From the NCBI GenBank assembly GCA_030037525.1, contig JASHRC010000067.1, positions 3,469 to 67,468 on the forward strand: a DNA stretch of 64,000 nucleotides. Direction: 5' to 3'. Each line of letters opens with the position of its first letter. Positions within the stretch are counted from its first letter, which is position 1. The translations under genes were made by a program, and so were the position numbers. Below the pieces are notes generated by a model. That model did not search any database. It saw only the letters and a program-made list of their open reading frames with translations, and had not been told where the DNA came from. This DNA is from Candidatus Acidiferrales bacterium (GTDB lineage Bacteria; Acidobacteriota; Terriglobia; Acidiferrales; UBA7541). This document shows, one piece after another, positions 47,954 through 56,780 of this stretch.

Positions 47954-48326
47954 GTTCGTAGCTAAGCCATCTTTTTCCGCCACCGGTCTCCTCGCAGATG
48001 ATTCCCGGCGATGCGAAAGGGGAGGAACGTCAAATAGGGAAGGCAGGAACTGGCGCGCGGACATTTTCCACAGGGTGCCAATACTTGTCAAGCCCTATTT
48101 GTTTCAACTTGAGAAAGACATTCTAGCCTCCGGGTAAGTCGGAGATCAAATGCCAAGTCAACCAGATGGTTCCTAAATGACACGTCGTGTCCACTGACAC
48201 CGCGCGTCCATGCGGCGCCGCAACCTGGCAACAGAATTTGCGCGCCCCGCCAATGCCGGGACCCGGTATACTATGATTTTGCTTGGTCGAGGAACTTATC
48301 CTCCGGGTGGGAGCAACTCATTATAG

Positions 48327-49028
48327 ATGCGTCTTGAGAAAGCAGCAGCTCTGGTGGTGTGCATGGCGACCGCGCTGGCTTCGCCTGGCATCACGCGAGC
48401 GAGCCAGAACAAGCCGATATGGACCCTGCAAAGCGTATTGCGCCAATTGGATGCGCAGGCTCGGGAATTCCGCAGCCTTTCGGCGAACGTGGAGCGAACG
48501 AAGGTCACCGTGGTGGTCAATGATCATTCGACCGAAAGCGGCACCATTCTGGTTCGCGCCGACAAGATGTTGCTGGAGCTCCAGGAGCCCGATGCGCGCA
48601 CAGTTCTGCGGAACGGCGACAATCTGTACATCTACACGCCCGGGCTGAAACGTCTCGAAGAATACAACCTCGGGAAAAATCGCAGTCTTGTAGACCAATT
48701 CCTGCTTCTCGGATTTGGCACCGGAGGCAAGGAACTCGAAAAGGGCTACTTGATCTCGCTGCTCCGGGAAGAAAAACTGGACGACAAGAAAACCATCGAG
48801 CTGGAGTTGACGCCCAAGTCGCAGGCCTTGCGTAATCAGATCGCCAAGATCGAAATCTGGCTGGATGAGACGACCTGGCTTCCCGTACAGCAGCAGTTCG
48901 TCGAAGCAGGCTCGGGCGATTACTCGATCGTCCGTTATTCGAAAGTGGTCCGGAACCCCGGCATTCCCGACTCCGATTTCAAACCACGCTGGCCCAAGGG
49001 AACAGTGAAAGTACGACCGCAGGGCTGA
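48327..49028 (+). CDS. LolA-like outer-membrane lipoprotein carrier/sorting family protein, secreted
   Basis: Signal peptide AAALVVCMATALASPGITRA. SVLRQLDAQAREFRSLSANVERTKVTVVVNDHSTESGTILVRADKMLLEL..GDNLYIYTPGLKRLEEY matches the LolA-fold pattern. Confidence 0.65.
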   Translation: MRLEKAAALVVCMATALASPGITRASQNKPIWTLQSVLRQLDAQAREFRSLSANVERTKVTVVVNDHSTESGTILVRADKMLLELQEPDARTVLRNGDNLYIYTPGLKRLEEYNLGKNRSLVDQFLLLGFGTGGKELEKGYLISLLREEKLDDKKTIELELTPKSQALRNQIAKIEIWLDETTWLPVQQQFVEAGSGDYSIVRYSKVVRNPGIPDSDFKPRWPKGTVKVRPQG

Positions 49029-49034
49029 GCGGCC

Positions 49035-50183
49035 CTAGGCGCTTCCCTTCCCGGTTTGTCGAGCCACCTCGTGCTCCAGCAGCGTGCGCTTGCGGCCGAG
49101 GCCCCAACGGTAACCCGCTAGATCTCCGTCCTTACGAACGACACGGTGGCAGGGAATCACGACCGACGTCGGATTTGTGGCGCAGGCACGTGCGACGGCC
49201 CGAACTGCAGCGGGGCGGCCGATGGCCTGGGCCACTTCGCTATAAGTCCGGGTGGTTCCGTAGGGAATGCGCCGCAGTTCTTCCCAGACGCGGCGCTCGA
49301 AGGCGGTGGCCTGCACGTCGGTCGGCAAATCCAGATGCGGTTCGTGACCGCGCAGGTGTGCCAGAATCCTTGCGACCCATTGCCCAAGGCCCGAATTGCC
49401 GCGGCGCGCATCGTCTGCTAGCAGCGTTGCGCGAGGATATTCCTTGCTGAGTTCAGATATTAGCGCGCTATCGGACTGGCCGAGATAAACGGCGCTGATT
49501 CCACGGCCGGTGGCCCCGACCAGCAGCCGGCCCAAGGGTGAGGCCACGATCGCGTAGTGGATTTCCATACCCTGCCCGCCACGTCCATAAGCGGCTGGTG
49601 TCATCCCCAGATGGCCGGATGCGCGTTCATAAAGCCGGCTCGAGGAGCCGTATCCTGCCTCATACAGTGCTGTTGTCACGCTATCTCCTTTCTTCAACTC
49701 GAGTTTCACTCGCCGCATCCGCTGCGAGTCGGCGTATTGCCGGGGTGTGATCCCCATAGCTCGACGAAAGGCCCGCTCCAGCTGGTGCGGGCTCATTCCC
49801 GCCATCGCTCCGAGCAACGCGAGCGTTAGCCGCTCCTCGGGCTCGCCTTGGCCGGCGTCAGCGAGAACTCGCCGATCAATTTCGCGGCATACGCGGGCCA
49901 CCGCTTCGATCCTCCGATCGCGGAGCCGCGCCGCGCGCGGCCGGCAGCGCTGGCATGCCCGGAAACCCCTCTGTTCGGCCGCCTCAGGTAGCGGGAAAAA
50001 CAATACCTGCTCCCGCCGCGGCTTGCGCGCCGGGCACGAGGGGCGGCAATAAATGCCGGTCGAGCGAACCGCATAGACGAACAGGCCGTCGGCTCGTCGG
50101 TCGCGCGACCGAACGGCGTCCCAGTGCTCGCGCGTCCAGGCGCTTCCAGAGGGTTTTAGTACTTCGCTTGCATTCCCAAGCAT
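49035..50183 (-). CDS. ada: bifunctional Ada: methylphosphotriester-DNA methyltransferase/AraC-type regulator fused to O6-methylguanine-DNA methyltransferase
   Basis: N-terminal Ada zinc module (FVYAVRSTGIYCRPSCPARKP). AraC HTH (GMSPHQLERAFRRAMGITPRQY). C-terminal MGMT active site IPCHRVV. Confidence 0.9.
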   Translation of the reverse strand: MLGNASEVLKPSGSAWTREHWDAVRSRDRRADGLFVYAVRSTGIYCRPSCPARKPRREQVLFFPLPEAAEQRGFRACQRCRPRAARLRDRRIEAVARVCREIDRRVLADAGQGEPEERLTLALLGAMAGMSPHQLERAFRRAMGITPRQYADSQRMRRVKLELKKGDSVTTALYEAGYGSSSRLYERASGHLGMTPAAYGRGGQGMEIHYAIVASPLGRLLVGATGRGISAVYLGQSDSALISELSKEYPRATLLADDARRGNSGLGQWVARILAHLRGHEPHLDLPTDVQATAFERRVWEELRRIPYGTTRTYSEVAQAIGRPAAVRAVARACATNPTSVVIPCHRVVRKDGDLAGYRWGLGRKRTLLEHEVARQTGKGSA

Positions 50184-50363
50184 CTCCTTAAATTCTCCCC
50201 CGCAGCAGCTCCCACGTCGCAGACTAAGGCAACTTGAAATGCGCGGCTATCCGATTCTAGCGCGTAAACTTCGCGGGCTGGCGCTCAGCCGGTTACCGAA
50301 CTGAGCTCCACGCTCATGGGTTACATCATAAGGCACGCTTGGCTCCTCGCGCGTTGACCGATC

Positions 50364-50924
50364 GTGCGGCCTAACGCATATTCGGGTCACCACTTGGGGT
50401 TGTCAGTCGGCATGACTGGGGGCAGCGTCATGGGTGCGATTCCGGAACGTGATGGCCGTGCCGTCGTTACTCCGATTCGAGAGCCTGAAAGCCGCACGCA
50501 AACCATCACAGCAATATCAGGAAAGCCAGGACCGCGGCGCTTTATGCGGGTCCCCACGCATGCTGTGGGCGTGGCTGCTGAGCGGCGCCGCTATCCGCGC
50601 GCTTCGCTGTGCCTTCCGCTGCGCCTGAGGAAAATCGGGGGGGTCGAACAGGCAACACCCATCACGCTGGTCACTCGCAATATCAGTTCGAGCGGCGTCT
50701 ATTTTCTCGCGCCGCGGCAGATCGAGATCGGAACGGCGATCGAGCTTGAAGTAGCGCTCATCGAAAGGCCCCTCGGATTCGGCAGCGTCCAAATGTGCAC
50801 CGCGGCGCACATCGTGCGTGCCGAAGAAACCAGCACGCCGGGCTGGCGGGCCTATGCCGCAAGCTTCGACGATTTCGCGCTCCGGCGCGACGATCACGTG
50901 CCGCTTCGTTTTGCGGCTCGCTAG
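50364..50924 (+). CDS. PilZ domain-containing protein
   Basis: ERRRYPRASLCLPLRL...LVTRNISSSGVYFLAP (RxxxR and D/NxSxxG c-di-GMP motifs). The start is uncertain; internal ATGs lie in MGAIPERD and MRVPTHAV. Confidence 0.7.
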   Translation: MRPNAYSGHHLGLSVGMTGGSVMGAIPERDGRAVVTPIREPESRTQTITAISGKPGPRRFMRVPTHAVGVAAERRRYPRASLCLPLRLRKIGGVEQATPITLVTRNISSSGVYFLAPRQIEIGTAIELEVALIERPLGFGSVQMCTAAHIVRAEETSTPGWRAYAASFDDFALRRDDHVPLRFAAR

Positions 50925-50963
50925 GTTGCCGTCGGCTCATTCCTACAAAACAGGTTTCGCCGG

Positions 50964-51677
50964 GTGGCCGTGTGCCTGAGCCCTGCGCCTGGCCCGTTTC
51001 GGAGAGGTTTTGCTACGATTCCTGCTGTGACTCAGGTCTCCCTTCTAGCGCGCGTCGTGTTGTTTGACTGGGATGGCACTCTGCTCAATTCCTATGCGGC
51101 CGACGTTCGAGCCTACCTCGCGATGTTTCATGCACTGAAAATTGAATGGGGAACCGGCGAACTCGAGCGCTTTTACTGCCCTGATTGGTATCAGGTCTAT
51201 CGCGCTGCCCGCATCCCCCGCTCGCAATGGGAGCGCGCAAATCGGCTGTGGCGGCAAGCCTACCGCGCCGAACGGCCGCTGCTTTTGCCCGGGGCGCGAG
51301 TCGTCATTCGCCGGCTGAGGCGCAAATTCAGGCTCGGCATCGTCACCAGCGGAAGCTCGGGGCGCGTCCGGAAGCAGTTGCGCGAGCTCGAATTCGTCCG
51401 TCATTTCGCCACCTGCGTCTGCAGCGAGGACGTTTCGCGTCGGAAGCCCCACCCCGCCGCGCTACAACTCGCACTCGAGCGGCTTCGCGCCTCGCCGGAG
51501 GACGCCATCTATGTGGGAGACACTGCCGACGACATCGAAATGGCCCGCCGCGCCGGAGTTCGCGCCATCGGGGTTTTCGGACCCTTCCCCACCGCAGCCG
51601 GCATGCGCGCGGCAAAACCAGATCTGCTGCTCGATTCCATTCGCGACCTCCCGCGACACCTGCGGCAACCCGACTGA
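50964..51677 (+). CDS. HAD-family hydrolase (phosphoglycolate-phosphatase-like)
   Basis: Motif I VLFDWDGTLLNS, motif II IVTSGS, and motif III/IV KPHP...YVGDTADDIEMARRAG. The start is uncertain. Confidence 0.8.
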   Translation: MAVCLSPAPGPFRRGFATIPAVTQVSLLARVVLFDWDGTLLNSYAADVRAYLAMFHALKIEWGTGELERFYCPDWYQVYRAARIPRSQWERANRLWRQAYRAERPLLLPGARVVIRRLRRKFRLGIVTSGSSGRVRKQLRELEFVRHFATCVCSEDVSRRKPHPAALQLALERLRASPEDAIYVGDTADDIEMARRAGVRAIGVFGPFPTAAGMRAAKPDLLLDSIRDLPRHLRQPD

Positions 51678-51687
51678 AAACGCGCCG

Positions 51688-52530
51688 CTATTGGGGCGGG
51701 CGCGAAGCTGCGGGCTCCGCCGCTGGCGTTTGTGGCGACTCCAGCCCATTCGGCTTGAAATCGGTGTCTCGGATGACCAGCCGCAGGTGCAACTCCAAAT
51801 CCCCGCTGCCGGTGTAGTCGTCCGAGCTGGTGTAGGTAGGAAGCCAGTATTTGTCCTGAAAATTTTCGCGATACGTCTCAAACATTGAAAACGGCAGATC
51901 CGTGCCATTCCCCGCCAGCTCACTCACAAATTTGCCGTAGGTTTCCACAATCGCCAGGTCCTGATCGTCCACATAGACGACGCCTTCGAACAGACGCTGG
52001 GTGCGCCGGAGCAGCTTTGGCTTCACCTGAAAAATATAGGTGTTCAGTTCATCGAGTTTCTGCTGCCCGGCATAAAGAAAATCGTAATTGCCAACCTGAT
52101 CGGAAGTGAGGAAAAACAGCGGCAGGCTGAGTACGGGGCGCACATCCTCCAGCGTGTAGCTGGTCAGCTTCAGAGTGGATTCAATCGGCTTCGATCTGCG
52201 CCAGTACCGCTGGCCGTCAGGCTTGACATAGGACTCGCCCGTAATGGTGATCTTCCCGCCCGGATCGGCCAACTCTTCAATGCGGATCGTCTGGGTAAAA
52301 TCATACGTGTCATAGACCCTTTTCGCGACGTCTTCCTTGGCGGCGAATTTCTGGATGATCTGCTGCTCCGGGACGGGTGGCGGGCCTGGATGCGGCACCG
52401 AAGGCATTCTGTGCACTTCGAATTTGGGGGGAGGCGCCATGGGCCCTTGGTTGGTGTCCTGCGCACGCGACGAAGCAACGGCCAGGGCGCAAAACGCCGC
52501 CAGGGCCAACGCGGGAAATAGGGTTCGCAT
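51688..52530 (-). CDS. secreted hypothetical protein, LolA-like/lipoprotein-sorting fold suspected
   Basis: Signal peptide MRTLFPALALAAFCALAVASSRAQ. The body (...YIFQVKPKLLRRTQRLFEGVVYVDDQDLAIVETYGKF...YWLPTYTSSDDY) resembles the LolA_like family. ATG 52530 or 52545. Confidence 0.55.
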   Translation of the reverse strand: MRTLFPALALAAFCALAVASSRAQDTNQGPMAPPPKFEVHRMPSVPHPGPPPVPEQQIIQKFAAKEDVAKRVYDTYDFTQTIRIEELADPGGKITITGESYVKPDGQRYWRRSKPIESTLKLTSYTLEDVRPVLSLPLFFLTSDQVGNYDFLYAGQQKLDELNTYIFQVKPKLLRRTQRLFEGVVYVDDQDLAIVETYGKFVSELAGNGTDLPFSMFETYRENFQDKYWLPTYTSSDDYTGSGDLELHLRLVIRDTDFKPNGLESPQTPAAEPAASRPPQ

Positions 52531-52691
52531 TTTGGCCGAATTCATGCGCGACAGTTTAGATGCGGCAAACATCGACTCGGTGATTCGCCGTCGCTCGCTA
52601 GGATACCCCCCTTGGCCTGACGCAAAAACCCCAGCCTACGGGGAGTGCTGCCTCTGCTAAGATCAAGCGTTCGGCTCCGGCCCGGGCCAAC

Positions 52692-52985
52692 GTGCGTCAC
52701 GAACGACAATGCAAGCGCTATTACGTCAGCGGAACAGTACAAGGGGTGGGATTTCGCTTTTTCGTTGAGCGCGCGGCGCGCCATTTGAAACTCAGCGGAT
52801 ACGTCAGGAATCTGAGCGACGGCCGCGTGGAGGTTTATGCCATCGGCCCCTCCGACTCTCTGGCAGATCTTCACAGCGAACTCGAGCGGGGTCCCCGCGG
52901 CGCGTTCGTCTCCCTGGTGGTGGAGGAACAGGCACTCTTCCAGTCGCGATTTTCTCAATCCTTCTCAATCGAGTACGACGCCTGA
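52692..52985 (+). CDS. acyP: acylphosphatase
   Basis: VSGTVQGVGFRFFVERAARHLKLSGYVRNLSDGRVEVYAIG. GTG start. Length 97 aa. Confidence 0.9.
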   Translation: MRHERQCKRYYVSGTVQGVGFRFFVERAARHLKLSGYVRNLSDGRVEVYAIGPSDSLADLHSELERGPRGAFVSLVVEEQALFQSRFSQSFSIEYDA

Positions 52986-53003
52986 AGCGGCGAGAGGAAC
53001 CGA

Positions 53004-53525
53004 ATGGACGAACTCAAGAAGCTGATTCGCGAAATTCCCGATTATCCCAAGCCGGGAATTCTCTTTTACGACGTGACGACGCTGCTCAAGGACGCCACCG
53101 GCTTTCACCTGCTCGTCGACAAGCTTTGCGAGCACTACAACGGCCGCAGAGTCGACGTCGTCGCCGGCATCGAGGCGCGGGGATTTATTTTCGCTCCCGC
53201 GCTCGCCTATCGCCTGGGCGCGGGCTTCGTTCCCGTGCGAAAACCGAAAAAGCTGCCCTGGAAGACTGCGGGCGTCACTTACCAGCTCGAGTACGGCACA
53301 GATACTCTCGAGATTCACCAGGACGGCATCACCCCGGGCCAGCACGCACTGGTTTGCGATGACCTGCTGGCAACCGGCGGAACTGCGGCTGCTGCCGTCG
53401 AATTGGTACGCAAGCTGGGAGGCCAGGTGGTCGGCGCCGCCTTTGCCGTCGAGCTCAGTTTTCTCGGTGGACGCAGGAAGCTCAACGGCGTAGACACCTT
53501 TTCCCTGATCAAATACGACAGGTGA
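53004..53525 (+). CDS. apt: adenine phosphoribosyltransferase
   Basis: [52 protein letters not shown], and PRPP motif [16 protein letters not shown]. Confidence 0.95.
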   Translation: MDELKKLIREIPDYPKPGILFYDVTTLLKDATGFHLLVDKLCEHYNGRRVDVVAGIEARGFIFAPALAYRLGAGFVPVRKPKKLPWKTAGVTYQLEYGTDTLEIHQDGITPGQHALVCDDLLATGGTAAAAVELVRKLGGQVVGAAFAVELSFLGGRRKLNGVDTFSLIKYDR

Positions 53526-53595
53526 TCGATCGAAACCTGGCGTTCACCGCGGTGGTCATCTGGTTGCCAGCCGAACGGGGTGACGCAGTGCTCCA

Positions 53596-54333
53596 TCAGG
53601 TTCTGCCATTTCGACCTCTGCGTTGACGGAGGACTTCAAACAGCATGATGCCCGCTGCCACCGAAACGTTCAGCGATCTCACCGGTCCCTTCGTTGGCAG
53701 TGAAACCAGAAAATCGCAGTGCTGGCGGGCGAGCTCGTGCAGTCCCCTCCCTTCACGCCCCAGCACAATTCCAATCGGCCCGGTCAGATCGACCTCAGTG
53801 TAATTTCGCTCCGCGCGTTCCTCCAGCCCGACAAGCCAGTACCCCGCCTGCTTGATCTCCTCCATGGCGCGGACCAGATTTTTCACGCGAGCAACAGGTA
53901 GATGGGCCAGCGCCCCTGCGGAGGCGCGCTCGACCGTCTCGCTGAGCCCTGCAGCGCGCCGCTCCGGAATCACCACGCCTTCGGCGCCCGCAGCAAGCGA
54001 AGTGCGCACTATCGCACCCAGGTTGTGAGGGTCCTCCACGCCGTCCAGCAGAACCAGCACGCCGCGCCCATCTTTGGCTCGAAGCAAATCTTCCAAAGCG
54101 ACCGCGGACTTGGCCGCAGCCAGGGCTGCAATGCCCTGGTGTTCGCGCGTTCCGGAAAGACGATCGACCTGGGCGCGATCGAGAAAACGCACCGGCACAC
54201 CGCGCGACCGCGCCAGCTCGACCACCGCTTCCACCCGCTCGCCGTGACGCCCCCGCACAATCACGATGCGGTCAAGCGCACGCCCGGCAGCCAGCGCCTC
54301 CTCCACCGGGTGAAACCCAGTGAGCCAGTTCAT
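53596..54333 (-). CDS. rlmB: 23S rRNA (guanosine-2'-O)-methyltransferase RlmB (SpoU/TrmH family)
   Basis: N-terminal substrate-binding domain (GFHPVEEAL). SpoU motifs LLDGVEDPHNLGAIVRT, IVLGREGRGL and SLNVSVAAGIMLFE. Confidence 0.85.
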   Translation of the reverse strand: MNWLTGFHPVEEALAAGRALDRIVIVRGRHGERVEAVVELARSRGVPVRFLDRAQVDRLSGTREHQGIAALAAAKSAVALEDLLRAKDGRGVLVLLDGVEDPHNLGAIVRTSLAAGAEGVVIPERRAAGLSETVERASAGALAHLPVARVKNLVRAMEEIKQAGYWLVGLEERAERNYTEVDLTGPIGIVLGREGRGLHELARQHCDFLVSLPTKGPVRSLNVSVAAGIMLFEVLRQRRGRNGRT

Positions 54334-54413
54334 TCAGATCTCATCATTCTGCACGGCGTCTGGTTGCCCCCAGGCCGTCGGGCCAGCAAGTTGAACCATT
54401 CCCCTTCCGGCGA

Positions 54414-54965
54414 TCAGTCGAGCGCGGCGCAAAATTCCACGACCCGCTGGCGCGTGCCCTTTACCTCGACGGCAAACGGCAGTTTCCGGGCGGAGTCGAG
54501 CAACAGAATCACGCGATCCAGCTCGCCTGCGCCCACGCGGCCTGCCAGCAGGAGCCGTACGGGGTGGAACAAGTCACGGCTGCGCTGCGGCAAGACTCCT
54601 TTGAGACCCTCGATGACTTCCTTGAAACGGTCGGAACCCATTTCGCCGCCATCGAGCACGCGGTTGGCGAGTTCGCGGATCACGTCGCGCGCTCCCTCTC
54701 GGGCGAGCACGTCCCGGCTTGTGGTCTCGCGCAATAACGCCACTGCGTCATAGTGGAAGACCAGCGCGAGCAGGCCGGCGAGCGAGGTCTGGTCCTCGGC
54801 CCAGGGACCAAGGAGCTCGGCGGCTCGCTCGAGCCAAGCCGCGAGTGGAGTGTTCGCTCCGATATCCGCGTTCGCCCCAAGCCAGCCGCGTTCCACCAAA
54901 ATCTGGGCAATCCCAGTTAAGGAAGCCGCCGTGCGAGGCGCTCCAGACGATAGATCGAGCGTCAT
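54414..54965 (-). CDS. stand-alone protein resembling the C-terminal anticodon-binding domain of glutamyl-tRNA synthetase
   Basis: ...RDLFHPVRLLLAGRVGAGELDRVILLLDSARKL... resembles the GluRS C-terminal (K)LFMPLRVALTG...GPEL...LG motif. No Rossmann/HIGH/KMSKS region is present. ATG 54965 verified. Confidence 0.5.
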   Translation of the reverse strand: MTLDLSSGAPRTAASLTGIAQILVERGWLGANADIGANTPLAAWLERAAELLGPWAEDQTSLAGLLALVFHYDAVALLRETTSRDVLAREGARDVIRELANRVLDGGEMGSDRFKEVIEGLKGVLPQRSRDLFHPVRLLLAGRVGAGELDRVILLLDSARKLPFAVEVKGTRQRVVEFCAALD

Positions 54966-55040
54966 TTTCGCAATTCTATCGCAGGCCAACACGGGCCCTG
55001 CCTTTTGGCTGAGGGGCTCTCCCTTTGTGCCGGCCAGCGA

Positions 55041-55517
55041 TCAGTCGCTGCTCAGGGTGGCCACCGCATGCGCGGCGATGGCTTCGCCACGCCCGATCGC
55101 ATCGGTTCCCTCGTTGGTCTTGGCCTTCAGGTTGATTTCACTCGAGGCGATGCCGAGCGCTTTGGCCAGCGCCGTCCGCATCGCGGGAAAGTGCGGGCCA
55201 AGTTTGGGTTTCTCGCAGATGACCACTGCATCCACATGAACGATGCGAAAGTGTCGATTTTCCAGAAGGCCTCGGATGTGCTCGAGGAAAACGAGGCTCG
55301 AGGCGCCTTTCCATTTCGGATCGGTATCCGGGAAATGCGTGCCGATGTCACCGAGCCCTGCGGCACCCAAAACAGCGTCGCAAATCGCATGGCAGAGCAC
55401 GTCGCCATCGGAATGCCCCTGGGAACCTCGCTCGAAGGCAACCTCGATTCCGCCAACCATGAGCTTGCGTCCCTGGACCAGACGATGCAGGTCGTAGCCG
55501 ATTCCGGCGCAGTTCAT
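55041..55517 (-). CDS. ispF: 2-C-methyl-D-erythritol 2,4-cyclodiphosphate synthase
   Basis: GIGYDLHRLVQGRKLMVGGIEV...GHSDGDVLCHAICDAVLGAAGLGDIGTHFPDTDPKWKGASS. Confidence 0.95.
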   Translation of the reverse strand: MNCAGIGYDLHRLVQGRKLMVGGIEVAFERGSQGHSDGDVLCHAICDAVLGAAGLGDIGTHFPDTDPKWKGASSLVFLEHIRGLLENRHFRIVHVDAVVICEKPKLGPHFPAMRTALAKALGIASSEINLKAKTNEGTDAIGRGEAIAAHAVATLSSD

Positions 55518-55750
55518 CGCGCTCTCGTCTCCCGTGGGCCAGGCGCAGTTTGGATCTGTGCAGTGCTTGGCCAGCGATCGAGTTTCGCGTTGTTTCGATC
55601 GACAGCGGTCGTGAAATCGGAATGGCTCATGGTATTCGCAAAGCCTTGCCTGGGTTGCGCCCGGAGGCCATCGGCCTCCATACAGCCCATCTCAAGACCG
55701 CTCGCTCGAGGCTTATGTTGCCCTGCTCGCGCGTCGAGCAGCAGGGTCAC
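55514..55750 (-). CDS. possible 78-codon bridging ORF between ispD and ispF (speculative)
   Basis: The GTG start overlaps the ispD stop (GTGA) and its TGA overlaps the ispF ATG (ATGA); I verified both junctions in the sequence. No recognisable motif, and the composition is unremarkable. Confidence 0.25.
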   Translation of the reverse strand: MTLLLDARAGQHKPRASGLEMGCMEADGLRAQPRQGFANTMSHSDFTTAVDRNNAKLDRWPSTAQIQTAPGPRETRAR

Positions 55751-56469
55751 GCGTTTGCCTCTCGGCGTTCTTGATCCAGATAGAAGCGCGCTAGGTCCAT
55801 GTCGGCCGGCCGCGTGATTTTCAGGTTGCGTTCCGATCCCTGCACCACATACACGTCACGCCCGATCCGCTCGACCAGCGCCGCCTCATCGGAGGCCGTC
55901 ACGCCGTCCCGCTGGGCCTGTTGAAACGCCTCGCGCAGCAAAGCGTAGGAAAACGCCTGCGGAGTTTGAGCCAGCACGATCCGCTCGCGGGGAATCGTTG
56001 CCGAAACCAGCGCCACGTCTTCGGGAAGGCTCGCCCGCTTGACCTCTTTTACGGTGTCGATCGCCGGGACACCGAGGATCGCCGCGCCGCGCGCCCTCGC
56101 TTCGGCAATCACGCGTTCCACCTGTTTGGGAGTGACAAACGGGCGCACCGCATCGTGTACCAGCACAATTTCGCTCATCGGGTCGACCTGCGCCAGCGCG
56201 TTTCCCACCGATTGCTGGCGCGTGTCGCCGCCGTGAATCACCCGCGCCGGACGGCCCAGGGCGGCGCGCGCGACCTTGTCCTGCAAGGAAACCACATCGT
56301 CGGTGCGCGCAGCGATCAAAAACTCCGTGATCGCCGCGCATGCGGCCAGACGACGCAGCGTAAAGATGATTAGCGGCAAGCCGTCCAGCTCAAGGAACTG
56401 CTTCGGTTGCTCGGTGCCCATACGGGTGCCGAGGCCCGCAGCGGGAACAATGGCGACGATTCGGCTCAT
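55747..56469 (-). CDS. ispD: 2-C-methyl-D-erythritol 4-phosphate cytidylyltransferase
   Basis: AIVPAAGLGTRMG..PKQFL, VLVHDAVRPF and NLKITRPADMDLA. Confidence 0.95.
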   Translation of the reverse strand: MSRIVAIVPAAGLGTRMGTEQPKQFLELDGLPLIIFTLRRLAACAAITEFLIAARTDDVVSLQDKVARAALGRPARVIHGGDTRQQSVGNALAQVDPMSEIVLVHDAVRPFVTPKQVERVIAEARARGAAILGVPAIDTVKEVKRASLPEDVALVSATIPRERIVLAQTPQAFSYALLREAFQQAQRDGVTASDEAALVERIGRDVYVVQGSERNLKITRPADMDLARFYLDQERREANA

Positions 56470-56780
56470 CGGAAGGTTAGGAGTCTATCGCAATCAAGGT
56501 AACCATTTTATCTCTTCGCAGGCAAACGGTTGCTCGGAATGGCTCAGCCTGAATAGCGCTCGAGGGCAGACCGAAGCACGGCGCGCCTGCCGCCGGTCGC
56601 CCCCGGGGTGAATCGGGAGAGCAGCTGCTGTACCCAGCAGCCATCTGGCTTGAATGTCGCGATCCATGATCTTGGACAACTCGATCGGGTGATTCGAGAG
56701 CCTTCAAAACCGAGGGCAGTCCTTTGCCGGAGGAGTCCAAAGAAGCCGCGGGCTTTGAGCCGGCTTTCCAGGACCAGGGG

